The notes beneath the pieces were generated by a model. That model was given only the letters and a program-made list of their open reading frames with translations, was not told where the DNA came from and made no database searches. The position numbers and the translations under genes were made by a program. This document shows positions 17,982-27,414 of a DNA stretch of 64,000 nt, piece by piece. The stretch covers positions 960,001-1,024,000 of the forward strand of contig CAVVLJ010000017.1 of assembly GCA_963749075.1 (NCBI GenBank), written 5' to 3'. Every line of letters starts with the position of its first letter. The first letter of the stretch is position 1. This DNA is from an uncultured Pseudomonadota bacterium (GTDB lineage Bacteria > Pseudomonadota > Alphaproteobacteria > JACZXZ01).

Positions 17982-18830
17982 CTAGCGGCCCACGCCGGCC
18001 GCATGCGAGCGTCCATAAGCGAGCGTGCGCAGTGCTATGAAGAGCACGAGCGCCACGACCAGCAGAATGAGCGCCATGCCCGTCGCCTCGTCGAGGCCGA
18101 AGCGGATGAAGAGCTCGTAGATCTTCACTGGCGCCGTCATCGGGTAATAGGCGAGGATCACCACCGCGCCGAACTCCGCGATGGCGCGCGCGAAGGTCAG
18201 CGTGATGCCGGTCATGATGCTGCGCCAGGCGAGCGGCAGCGTCACGCGGCGGAGCGTGCGCCAGGGGCCGAGGCCGAGCGTGCGCGCAACCTGCTCGAGC
18301 CTCGGGTCCACGGCCTCGAAGCCGATGCGCGCCGCGTTCACCGTGTAGGGGACCGAGACGAAGAGCATCGCCACCACGATGCCGGCGAGCGTGCCCCAGA
18401 AGCGGATGCCGAGCGCTCCCGCCGGCGCGCCCACCAGCCCTTGCCGCCCGAAGACGAAGAGGAGGGCGATGCCCGCCACCGTATGGGGCACCGCGAGCGG
18501 AATATCGACCACGGCCGAGACCACGGTCTTGCCCGGGAAGCTGACGCGCGCCAGCACATAGGCGAGCGGCACGCCGAAGAGTGCGGCAAAGAGCGCTGCC
18601 AGGACGGCGCCCTCGAGGCTGAGCGCTATGGCCGCGAGCGCGTCCTTGGAGGCCGCGACGCGCGCCAGGCCGGCGGCGGTCTGATTGGCGGCGAGATCGA
18701 AGAGCGGCAGCAGGATGAAGGCGAGGAGGATGCCGCCCAAGAGCCAGCTCACGAGGAAGGTGCCGTGGGCGCGCGCGGGCGAGCCGCCGCGCGCCGCCGC
18801 CACCGCCGCCGCCGCGATACCGCCCGTCAC
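17982..18830 (-). CDS. Tungstate/molybdate ABC transporter permease (WtpB-like)
   Basis: VDIPLAVPHTVAGIAL, EQVARTLG, FARAIAEFGAVVILAYYP. Confidence 0.85.
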   Translation of the reverse strand: MTGGIAAAAVAAARGGSPARAHGTFLVSWLLGGILLAFILLPLFDLAANQTAAGLARVAASKDALAAIALSLEGAVLAALFAALFGVPLAYVLARVSFPGKTVVSAVVDIPLAVPHTVAGIALLFVFGRQGLVGAPAGALGIRFWGTLAGIVVAMLFVSVPYTVNAARIGFEAVDPRLEQVARTLGLGPWRTLRRVTLPLAWRSIMTGITLTFARAIAEFGAVVILAYYPMTAPVKIYELFIRFGLDEATGMALILLVVALVLFIALRTLAYGRSHAAGVGR

Positions 18831-18857
18831 GCGGCACCCCCGTTGCGGTTCACGAGC

Positions 18858-19826
18858 TCAGGCGCCGGGCCACGGCTTGGCAAGCGGGCGGAGCTCGGCC
18901 GGCATCCTCTCCTCGCCCACGGCATAGGCCGGGCTGAAGGTGCCGAAGCCCCGCTCGGCCAGTATCTTGCGGCCCTCGGGCCCGAGCAGCATGGCGATGT
19001 ATTTCGCCGCCAAATCCGCATGGGGCGCACCCTTCGGGATGGTGATCGCATAGACGATGGGCTTTCCCGCGAGATCGCCGTTGCCGGTATGGGCGACGCC
19101 CGTCGCATAGAAGGCCGCATGGGCGGGGTCGCTGAGGTCGATCTCGGCCGGCAGATCGATGAGCTTGAGGTGATGCTGCAGCGCGTCCGAGCGGTAGATC
19201 GCGAGATAGTCGATCTGCCCCACCTGAAGCGCCGAGATGAGCGCGGTCTCGGTGTCGCGCATGTTGCGTAGCGGCGCGTTCGCCAGCACCGCCTGCGCCA
19301 GCCCCGCGTCGTGATAGTACTTCGAGGCGAGATCGAGCATCTGCACGGTCTGATAGCCGGAGGGATCGGTATCGGGATTGGAGCGGCCGATCTCGACGCC
19401 CGGACGCGCCAGGATCTTGTACCAGTTCTGCGCCGTGACCTCCGTCGCGTATTTGCTCTTCTCCGTATAGACGAAGGTGACCGCGTTGCGGGCAAAGCCG
19501 ATGTACCAGTCGGCATCGCCCGCGCTGCCCTTGGCGGCGAAGAGGTATTTTGGGATCACGTTGTAGTCGGCCACCGCCAGAATGTCGGCCGGCTGGTGCA
19601 GCTCGGTGATCTGCTTCGCCATCTTGACGCTGCCGCCGAACTGGGGCTGCACCTCGACGGCTGGATTGTCCTTCTCGAACGCCTCGTCGAGCGCGCGGAA
19701 GGGAACCGCAAGCGTGCCGGCGGCGAAAACGGCGAGCTTCACGGATGCCGCTTGAGCGGCCTCGGGCAACGCGATGCCGGCCAGCATCGCCGCCGCGCCG
19801 AGGAAAGAGACAAGTTCCTGCCGCAT
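18858..19826 (-). CDS. Tungstate/molybdate-binding protein, WtpA-type
   Basis: FAAGTL, GGSVKMAKQI, ADILAVADY, GRSNPDTDPSGYQT, RDTE, IYRSDALQH, LPAEIDLSDP, PIVYAITIP; 322 aa, longer than E. coli-type ModA. Confidence 0.8.
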   Translation of the reverse strand: MRQELVSFLGAAAMLAGIALPEAAQAASVKLAVFAAGTLAVPFRALDEAFEKDNPAVEVQPQFGGSVKMAKQITELHQPADILAVADYNVIPKYLFAAKGSAGDADWYIGFARNAVTFVYTEKSKYATEVTAQNWYKILARPGVEIGRSNPDTDPSGYQTVQMLDLASKYYHDAGLAQAVLANAPLRNMRDTETALISALQVGQIDYLAIYRSDALQHHLKLIDLPAEIDLSDPAHAAFYATGVAHTGNGDLAGKPIVYAITIPKGAPHADLAAKYIAMLLGPEGRKILAERGFGTFSPAYAVGEERMPAELRPLAKPWPGA

Positions 19827-19864
19827 GACATGCCCTCCCGGGTTTCTACCGCGAATCGGAGGAA

Positions 19865-19920
19865 TTTATACTATCTTTCCGGAGGGCCGTGAATAAAGAC
19901 ACAAATTGCGTAAATTCGCC
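19865..19920 (-). promoter_or_regulatory. Putative promoter of the wtpA-type gene with an AT-rich upstream element
   Basis: Minus-strand TTCACG (19893-19888), 17 nt, TATAAA (19870-19865); AT-rich tract upstream. Confidence 0.45.
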
Positions 19921-19987
19921 GAGTGCCACACGCCGGCCATCCCCGCGCGTAGCACCGCCGGGCGGGTCGCGGCGAAGCGGCCGGCTG

Positions 19988-20872
19988 TCACGGGCCGTTG
20001 TAGATCACGGCGCCCAGGCGCGTGATGTCGTAGCCGCCCATCTCCTCGGCGCGGGTGCGGAAGCGGGCGCCGCGGGCGAAGCCGAGCAGCGTCTGCACCG
20101 GCGGCTCGAAGTAATCGCGGCGGCGCATGGCAAGATCGTAGCGCTCGCGCGCGAGGGGCAGGAAATCGAGGCCGTACTGGCGTGCCACGGCGCGGATGGC
20201 GAGCCCGGCGTCGGCCTTGCGCTCGGCGATCGCCAGGGCGAGGTCGCTCTCCGAGAGCGCCGGTGCTGCGAGCCGTGCGAGTGCCGCGCCGTCGATGGCA
20301 TCGCGCGCGAGGAGTTGCGCGAAGAGGATGCGGCTGCCGGACTCGGGCTGCCGCTCGACCACCGTGACCTGCTTGGTGGCGAGATCGCCGAGCTGGGTGA
20401 TGGCGCGCGGATTGCCCGCCGCCAGCACGAGGCCCTGCTCGCGCCACGCCCACTCGAGGGCCACGATATCGAGCCGCGGGAGTGCCGCCTTGATGAGCGG
20501 CACGTTGTAGGCATTGCTCTCGGCGTCGAGCACGTGCATGCCGCAGAGCTGCGCCTCGCCGGCGCCAAGCCGCTTGAGGCCGTCCAGGCTGCCGCCGGCC
20601 ATGAGGGCCAGGCCGCAGCCGGACTCGCGGAGCGCCCACTCGAGGAGCGGATCGTGGCTGCCCGCCACGACCGGCGGGGCGGCCGGCGCCGCCGCGGCGA
20701 GCGGCACGCCGCCCGGCAGCGCCGTGCTCTGGGCCAGCCAGAGATCGATGAGGTGCTTGGGGAAGAGATACTTGCCCGTCACCTTGGTAAAGGGAATGCG
20801 GCCGTCGCGCACCAACTCGTAGACCTTGCGTTCCTTGACGCGCAGGTGCTCGGCCATCTCCTTGGTGTTCAT
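19988..20872 (-). CDS. Transcriptional regulator: excisionase-like HTH plus periplasmic-binding-protein-like (molybdate-binding) domain
   Basis: MNTKEMAEHLRVKERKVYELVRDGRIP..KVTGKYLF; GSHDPLL, GSLDGL, REQGL, RQPESGSR, ERYDL; start could be TTG 20884. Confidence 0.85.
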   Translation of the reverse strand: MNTKEMAEHLRVKERKVYELVRDGRIPFTKVTGKYLFPKHLIDLWLAQSTALPGGVPLAAAAPAAPPVVAGSHDPLLEWALRESGCGLALMAGGSLDGLKRLGAGEAQLCGMHVLDAESNAYNVPLIKAALPRLDIVALEWAWREQGLVLAAGNPRAITQLGDLATKQVTVVERQPESGSRILFAQLLARDAIDGAALARLAAPALSESDLALAIAERKADAGLAIRAVARQYGLDFLPLARERYDLAMRRRDYFEPPVQTLLGFARGARFRTRAEEMGGYDITRLGAVIYNGP

Positions 20873-21050
20873 CAAGTCGGGCAAGGCTCGCCCCTCCCCT
20901 CGGCGCGTGCGGACACAAGACGGCGGCGCCGCCACCCGCCAAGGCTGCGCCGGGCACGATTTTGCCGTCGAAAAGACGCCGCAGGAAAGGCTAAGATATT
21001 GCGAGTGCAACGCATCCGCGTATCGGCGCCGGCTGCGGACAGCCGCCCCG

Positions 21051-21086
21051 ACCGGCATTTTTGACAGAACCGGCATTTTTGACAGA
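21051..21086 (+). repeat. Perfect 18-bp tandem duplication carrying two TTGACA hexamers
   Basis: accggcatttttgacaga twice, upstream of moaA. Confidence 0.9.
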
Positions 21087-21156
21087 GTGGCAGGGGCAGC
21101 TTAGATAACGTGCGGGCGAGCCGAGGCCGCCGGGCAGGAGCGGGAAGAATAGAGGA

Positions 21157-22165
21157 ATGAGCGAGACGCCGCTGGTCGATCCCTTCGCGCGCTGCATCAC
21201 CTACCTCAGGGTATCGGTGACGGACCGCTGCGATTTCCGCTGCGTCTATTGCATGTCGGAGGATATGACCTTCCTGCCCAAGGCCGAGGTGCTGACGCTC
21301 GAGGAGCTCGAGCGCGCCAGCACCGCCTTCGTGCGCCTCGGCGTAAGCAAGCTCCGCTTGACCGGCGGGGAGCCCTTGGTGCGGCGCAACATCATGAGCC
21401 TCTTCCACCGGCTCGGCCGCCTCGTCCATGGCGGTGCGCTCAAGGAGCTCACGCTCACCACCAACGGCAGCCAGCTCGAGCGCTACGCCGCCGAGCTCTA
21501 CGACTGCGGCGTGCGCCGCGTGAACGTGTCGCTCGACACGCTCGACGCGGCGAAGTTCGCGGCGATCACGCGCTGGGGGCAGCTCGACAAGGTGCTGGCG
21601 GGGGTCGCCGCCGCGAAGGCCGCCGGCCTCAAGGTCAAGATCAACGCGGTGGCGCTCCGCGACGTGAACGACGGCGAGGCGCGCGGGCTCGTCGCCTGGG
21701 CGCACGGCGAGGGCCACGACGTCACCTTCATCGAGGTGATGCCGATGGGCGAGATCGGCAGCGCCGTGCGCCTCGACCAGTTCTTCCCGCTCTCCATGCT
21801 GCGCGCGCGGCTGGCCTCGAGCTACACGCTCGATGAGAGCGACTACCGCACCGGCGGGCCGGCGCGCTACTTCACCGTCCGCGAGACCGGCGGCCGCATC
21901 GGCTTCATCACGCCCATGACCCATAACTTCTGCGAAGTCCTGCAACCGCGTGCGCCTCACCTGCACCGGCACGCTCTTCATGTGCCTCGGCCAGCAGGAC
22001 GCTGCCGATTTGCGCACGCCCTTGCGCGCGAGCGAGGACGACGGCCTCCTCGTCTCGGCCATCCGCTCGGCGATCGCCCGCAAGCCCAAGGGCCACGACT
22101 TCGTCATCGACCGCCGCCAGCTGCGCCCGGCGGTGCCGCGCCACATGAGCGTCACCGGCGGCTGA
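21157..22165 (+). pseudogene. moaA: GTP 3',8-cyclase MoaA with a single +1 frameshift (pseudogene or sequencing error)
   Basis: [18 protein letters not shown] radical-SAM motif; at 21931-21943 TGC GAA G TCC TGC has one extra base in CESCNR; second frame continues [18 protein letters not shown]...RHMSVTGG*. Confidence 0.9.
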
Positions 22166-22182
22166 GCGGAACGGCGGCGCCC

Positions 22183-22716
22183 TCACTTGATCACGATCTG
22201 GTGGGCGAGCTGCCGGCCGTCGCTCCAGGTGATCTCGCGGAAGCCAAGCAGCTTGCAGAGATCGAAGAAGTTGAAGAGCGCGTCGATCGCATTGTCGCGG
22301 AAGTAGGGCGTGAGGCGCGCGATGGCGGTCAAGACGGCGAAGAGCGCCCGCGCCCGGTAGAGCGTGTTGAAGCCGCCGTCGGTCAGCGCCACGATGATCA
22401 GCCGGTCCGCCCGATCGCCCTTGACGAACATGGCGAAGGTCATGGGATAGTGCTGGTTCAGCATCTGCTCGGTCATGCCGGTGACGAAGGCGATGCGGCG
22501 CTCGCGCGTCGAATCGACGAGGGTCGTCGCGGGCGAGCGGTAGATCTCGTGCGTCTGGGGCGGCGGATAGTAGTAGTCGGCGCCGCGGTCGTCGCCGGGC
22601 TCCGCCGCGGTCCCGGGTGCGGGCGCCTTCTCCTCGACGGGTGCCGCCGCGGCACTCCCTGAGAGTGCCGCCGCCAGCAGCCCCGCCGCCAAAACCTGCG
22701 CAACACGGCACGCCAT
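22183..22716 (-). CDS. Hypothetical exported protein
   Basis: Signal-like N-terminus; [29 protein letters not shown]; strong coding bias. Confidence 0.75.
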   Translation of the reverse strand: MACRVAQVLAAGLLAAALSGSAAAAPVEEKAPAPGTAAEPGDDRGADYYYPPPQTHEIYRSPATTLVDSTRERRIAFVTGMTEQMLNQHYPMTFAMFVKGDRADRLIIVALTDGGFNTLYRARALFAVLTAIARLTPYFRDNAIDALFNFFDLCKLLGFREITWSDGRQLAHQIVIK

Positions 22717-22839
22717 GACGCCCCCCTTCGGCCACCCCAGGCGCGCCAAAATGGGCCGGGCCGCCGGTCCTGACAAGCCCCTATGGCGGCAAGCGCCACC
22801 GCCTCGCTATACTCCGCCGTCGTCCGCTCTGGAGAATCC

Positions 22840-23610
22840 ATGGCTGCCCGGCCGAAGCTCGCCTTCCTCGCCTCCGACACGGAGAAGGCCCAGGACGCCT
22901 TGCGGCGGCTTGCGGCACGCTACGGCAATGCGCCGATCGAGAAGGCCGCGGCCATCGTGCCGCTCGGCGGCGACGGCTTCATGCTCGAATCCCTTCACCG
23001 CTACATGGAGCTGGAGAAGCCGCTCTTCGGCATGCAGCGCGGCTCGGTCGGCTTCCTCATGAACGCCTACCGCGAGGACGATCTGCCCCGCCGCGTGGCC
23101 AAGGCCCAAGGCTACCGGCTGCATCCGTTGCGCATGAGGGTGCGCACGATCGGCGGCGGCCGCATCGAGGCGCTCGCCATCAACGAGGTGGCGCTGCTGC
23201 GGGAGACGCGCCAGAGTGCGAAGATCCGCATCGAGATCGACGGCGTCACGCGCCTCGACGAGCTCATCTGCGACGGCATCATGGTGGCGACCCCCGCCGG
23301 CAGCACCGCCTACAACCTCTCGGCGCACGGCCCCATCATCCCGCTCGGCTCGCCGGTCTTGGCCATGACGCCGATCTGCGCCTTCCGGCCGCGGCGCTGG
23401 CGCGGTGCGCTCCTCCCCCATTCCGCCATGGTCAGGTTCCGCGTGCTCGAGCCCGAGAAGCGGCCGGTGAGCGCGGTCGCCGACTATACCGAGGCGCGCG
23501 ACGTGGTCGAGGTGGAGGTGGCCGAGGCGCGAAAAGTCAGCTTGACTCTGCTCTTCGACCCCGAGCACAACCTCGAGGAGCGCATTCTCAAGGAGCAGTT
23601 CGGCATCTAG
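22840..23610 (+). CDS. nadK: NAD kinase
   Basis: [44 protein letters not shown]. Confidence 0.93.
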   Translation: MAARPKLAFLASDTEKAQDALRRLAARYGNAPIEKAAAIVPLGGDGFMLESLHRYMELEKPLFGMQRGSVGFLMNAYREDDLPRRVAKAQGYRLHPLRMRVRTIGGGRIEALAINEVALLRETRQSAKIRIEIDGVTRLDELICDGIMVATPAGSTAYNLSAHGPIIPLGSPVLAMTPICAFRPRRWRGALLPHSAMVRFRVLEPEKRPVSAVADYTEARDVVEVEVAEARKVSLTLLFDPEHNLEERILKEQFGI

Positions 23611-23633
23611 CCGCGACAGGCATCGCAGACAGC

Positions 23634-24800
23634 ATGAGCAGCCCCCGCCTCAAGAGCCGCGAATGGATCGAGCGGCTCATTGCCTTCCCGACCGTGAGCC
23701 GTGAGTCCAACCTCGCCCTCATCCAATGCGTGCGCGATTACTTGGCCGGCCACGGCATCGCAGCCCTCCTCGTCCCCGACGAGAGCGGCAAGAAGGCCAA
23801 TCTCTATGCCACGCTCGGGCCCACGGACCGGCCGGGCATCATGCTCTCGGGCCACACCGACGTGGTGCCCGTCGACGGCCAGGACTGGACGAGCGACCCC
23901 TTCACGCTCGCCGAGCGCGGCGGCCGGCTCTACGGCCGCGGCGCGAGCGACATGAAGTCCTTCATCGCCGCCGTCCTCGCCTTCGTGCCCGTCTTCCTCG
24001 CGCGCAAGCTCGCGACGCCCATCCATCTCGCCTTCTCCTACGACGAGGAGGTCGGCTGCCTCGGCGTGCGCCGCCTCATCGCCGAGATGGCGGCGATGCC
24101 GGTGCGCCCCGCCGTCTGCATCGTGGGCGAGCCCTCCCTCATGCAGGTGGTGCGCGGGCACAAGGGAAAGCTCGGCTGCCGCTGCCACGTGCGCGGCCTC
24201 GAGTCCCACTCGGCGCTCACCCACCGCGGCGTCAATGCCGTCGAGATCGCCGCCGAGATCATCGGCTACCTGCGGCGCGTCAAGCAGCGCATCCGTACTG
24301 CCGGCCCCTTCGACGAGGGCTACGACCCGCCCTACACCACGGTGCACACCGGCGTCGTGCGCGGCGGCACCCAGCTCAACATCGTGCCGCGCGACTGCAG
24401 CTTCGATTTCGAGTTCCGCACGCTGCCGTCCGAGGACCCCCATCTCCTCTTCGCGGAGGTGCAGAGCTTCGCCGAGCGCGAGCTCTTGCCCGAGATGCGC
24501 GCGGTGAGCGCCAAGACCGGCATCCGCTGGGAGGTGCTCTCCGACGCGCCGGGCCTCGACACCAGCGAGGACGCGGCGGTGACGCGCTTGGCCAAGCAGC
24601 TCACCGGTGCCAACAGCACGGGCAAGGTCTCCTTCGGCAGCGAGGGCGGGCTGTTCTCGGAAGCGCATATCCCGACCGTCATCTGCGGCCCGGGCTCGAT
24701 CGAGCAGGCGCACAAGCCCGACGAGTGGGTGACGCTCGACGAGATCGCGCGCTGCGAGGCCTTCATGGCGCGCCTCGCCGAGCACGCGGCCGCGCGGTGA
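23634..24800 (+). CDS. argE: Acetylornithine deacetylase (M20 family)
   Basis: SGHTDVVP, GRGASDMK, YDEEVGC, GEPS, HKG, GPGSIEQAHKPDE. Confidence 0.88.
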   Translation: MSSPRLKSREWIERLIAFPTVSRESNLALIQCVRDYLAGHGIAALLVPDESGKKANLYATLGPTDRPGIMLSGHTDVVPVDGQDWTSDPFTLAERGGRLYGRGASDMKSFIAAVLAFVPVFLARKLATPIHLAFSYDEEVGCLGVRRLIAEMAAMPVRPAVCIVGEPSLMQVVRGHKGKLGCRCHVRGLESHSALTHRGVNAVEIAAEIIGYLRRVKQRIRTAGPFDEGYDPPYTTVHTGVVRGGTQLNIVPRDCSFDFEFRTLPSEDPHLLFAEVQSFAERELLPEMRAVSAKTGIRWEVLSDAPGLDTSEDAAVTRLAKQLTGANSTGKVSFGSEGGLFSEAHIPTVICGPGSIEQAHKPDEWVTLDEIARCEAFMARLAEHAAAR

Positions 24801-24826
24801 TCTCAGGACCTGGGGCCGGCCCCGGC

Positions 24827-25849
24827 ATGACCGCAAGCGGCGCGCTCCACCCGCCCGAGATCGAGCGCTGGCGCGAGGGCAACCTCGGGGTCGCCTTCGC
24901 CCACCGCCGCGAGGCCGCAGCACCCGGCCCCCACCTTCTGGTCACTGCGCTCATGCACGGCAACGAGGCCTGCGGTGCGGTGGCACTCGACCGTCTTCTC
25001 GCCTCCGCCTTCATCCCGCGGCGCGGCACGCTCACCCTCGCCTTCGCCAATCTCGCGGCCTTCGCCCACATCGACCCCGAGCAGCCGGACCGCGGCCGCT
25101 TCGTCGATGAGGACATGAACCGCCTGTGGTCGCCCAAGAGGCTCGACGGACCCGAGCGCTCGGTCGAGCTCGCGCGCGCGCGGCTCTTAAGACCGCTCGC
25201 GGACGCCGCCGACTATCTCCTCGACCTCCACTCCATGACCGAGGGCGACATCCCCTTGGCGCTGGCGGGCACGGCGGCCAAGGGCATGCGGCTGGCAGAG
25301 CGCGTGGGCTACCCCGCCGTGGTGGTCGCCGACCCCGGCCATGCGGGCGGCGTGCGCCTGCGCGATTACGGCGCCTTCGGGGCCCCGCGGGGCACTAAGG
25401 CGGCCCTCCTCGTCGAGTGCGGCCAGCACTTCGACGCGCGGAGTGCTGCCGTCGCCTGGGAGACGCTGCTGCGCTTCCTCGCCGCCTTCGACATGCTCGA
25501 TCCCGCCTCTGCCGGAGCCGAGCTCGCCGTAGCACCGCCGCCGCCCCAGCGCTTCATCGAGGTGACCCACGTCGTCACCATCGAGACGGAGCGCTTCGCC
25601 TTCGCAGCTCCGTGCCGCACGCTCGAGCCGATCGCCAAGGCCGGCACGCTTCTCGCGCGCGACGGCGGGCGCGAGGTCGTGACACCCTACGACGACTGCG
25701 TGCCGATCATGCCGGCCAAGAAGCTCAAGCGCGGCCTCACCGCGGTGCGCCTCGGGCGCCTCGTCGCACCGCTCGGCCTGCAAACTTCTCGCTCCTCTCC
25801 TCCTTCAGGAGGAGAGGAAGGGGCCCATCCCGAAGGGATGGGAAGGTGA
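24827..25849 (+). CDS. Succinylglutamate desuccinylase/aspartoacylase-family (M14) protein
   Basis: MHGNE, DMNRLW, LLDLHSM, VECGQH; C-terminal tail derives from a repeat. Confidence 0.85.
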   Translation: MTASGALHPPEIERWREGNLGVAFAHRREAAAPGPHLLVTALMHGNEACGAVALDRLLASAFIPRRGTLTLAFANLAAFAHIDPEQPDRGRFVDEDMNRLWSPKRLDGPERSVELARARLLRPLADAADYLLDLHSMTEGDIPLALAGTAAKGMRLAERVGYPAVVVADPGHAGGVRLRDYGAFGAPRGTKAALLVECGQHFDARSAAVAWETLLRFLAAFDMLDPASAGAELAVAPPPPQRFIEVTHVVTIETERFAFAAPCRTLEPIAKAGTLLARDGGREVVTPYDDCVPIMPAKKLKRGLTAVRLGRLVAPLGLQTSRSSPPSGGEEGAHPEGMGR

Positions 25850-25942
25850 GGAGGCCTGCGGCTCACGCGCCTCTGCAGCCAACGGCGTGCCTGGCAGAAC
25901 CGCCTCCTCACCCGGCCCCTCTCCTCCTTCAGGAGGAGAGGG
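25793..25942. repeat. Family A REP-like inverted pair
   Basis: tcctctcctccttcaggaggagagg-aaggggcccatcccgaagggatgggaaggtgaggagg (near reverse complement of 8717-8776) and cctcctcacccggcccctctcctccttcaggaggagaggg. Confidence 0.85.
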
Positions 25943-25969
25943 CGATAGCCGCCGCGTGGATCGCCGCAC

Positions 25970-27373
25970 TCACGCCGCACCCGCCGCCTTGAGCTCGGAC
26001 GCAGCCCGGCGGTAGGACCAGAGGGTCACGGGCTCGCGCCGGCCGCGGAGCTTGCGCGGACGGTCGACGACGAAGCCCTCGAGGACGCGCGCCGTCTCCT
26101 CCGCCGACTCCTGGCGCGCCGCATCGACCACGTCCTGGCTCGCCAGGATGTCGCTGCCGACAACACGGGTGAAGCGCTCGATGCGGCTCGCCACGTTGAC
26201 CGTGTCGCCGATCACCGCGAACTCGAGGCGGCGCTCGTCGCCGATGTCCCCGAGCACGGCCAGGCCGTAGTGGACGCCGATGCCGATGCGGATCGGCTCG
26301 GCGCCGCGCGCCAGACGCTTCTCGTTCCAGCGCGCGAGCTCGTCGATCATGGCGCGGGCGGTCGCGAGCGCGTTGAGCGCGTCGCGTGCACCGCCGCGCG
26401 GCGTGCCGAAGGTCGCCATCACCGCGTCGCCGATGTATTTGTCGAGCGTGCCGCCGTGCGCGAAGACGACGCTCGCCATGCGCCGGTGAAAGCTGCGCAG
26501 GAGCTCGATCACGCGCTCCGGCGGCAGGCGCTCCGAGGTGCGCGTGAAGTTGACGATGTCGGCGAAGAGCACGGCAACGCGCTGGGTGCGCACCGGGCCC
26601 AGGGGCTCGCCCAGCTCCTCGAGCTCGTCGATCAGGTTGGGCGAGAAGTAGCGGGCGAGCTGCGCGCGGCCGCGCTCGACGGTCACCCGGCGGCGCATCA
26701 GCCGCCGCGTGCGCCACGCCAGGACCGAGAGCAGGGCGCCCACCGTCAGGAGCACGAAGACGACGTTCTGGAAGCTCGCCACGTCGACGAAATTGGGGTC
26801 GCACATGATGGCCAGCATGCGCCGCGGCTCCTGGGCCGCGATCTGCCAGAGGCTGGCCACGCCGAAGGCGCCCGGCTGCATGAGGATGTAGAAGAAGGCC
26901 GCGGACCAGGCGAGCGTCACGACGACCGTATTCCACATGGTCCGCCACGGCGATTGGTGGAAGGCGGAGAGCGCGAAAGGCACGAAGAGGAAGGCGAAGG
27001 TGCCGAAGCGCAGCAGCACGGGGAACGGCAGGCGCGGCGCGTTCCACGGCATGATGGGCAACAGGTTGTCGACGAGCAGGAAGGCGTCGATGAGGGGAAA
27101 GAAGACGCCGTACCAGGGCTGCACGCGCCTGTTGCGGCTGAGCGCGTAGTAGAGCCAGCCGAGGGCTATGAAGAGCATGCAGCTCACTACGTTCTCGGCG
27201 AGGTGCGCCTCGTGGCCGATGGCGAGGAGCCAGAGCGCCACCGCGGCGAGCGCCCAGGTCCTGATCCAGGCGAGGAGGCGCAGGTTGGCGACCTCCTCCT
27301 TGCGCAGCATGGCGTCGAGCCGCATATCGCTCCGCTGCAGAAGGTCAGGTGCCTGCGGTTGGACTTGGCTCAT
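25970..27373 (-). CDS. Membrane-bound class III adenylate/guanylate cyclase
   Basis: About 6 TM helices, then LARYFSP, VLFADIVNFT, DKYIGDAVMA, IGDTVNVASRIE. Confidence 0.9.
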   Translation of the reverse strand: MSQVQPQAPDLLQRSDMRLDAMLRKEEVANLRLLAWIRTWALAAVALWLLAIGHEAHLAENVVSCMLFIALGWLYYALSRNRRVQPWYGVFFPLIDAFLLVDNLLPIMPWNAPRLPFPVLLRFGTFAFLFVPFALSAFHQSPWRTMWNTVVVTLAWSAAFFYILMQPGAFGVASLWQIAAQEPRRMLAIMCDPNFVDVASFQNVVFVLLTVGALLSVLAWRTRRLMRRRVTVERGRAQLARYFSPNLIDELEELGEPLGPVRTQRVAVLFADIVNFTRTSERLPPERVIELLRSFHRRMASVVFAHGGTLDKYIGDAVMATFGTPRGGARDALNALATARAMIDELARWNEKRLARGAEPIRIGIGVHYGLAVLGDIGDERRLEFAVIGDTVNVASRIERFTRVVGSDILASQDVVDAARQESAEETARVLEGFVVDRPRKLRGRREPVTLWSYRRAASELKAAGAA

Positions 27374-27414
27374 GGCCGCTCCCCCTCGATGCGCGCCGTC
27401 TGCCGCCGCGTGCC

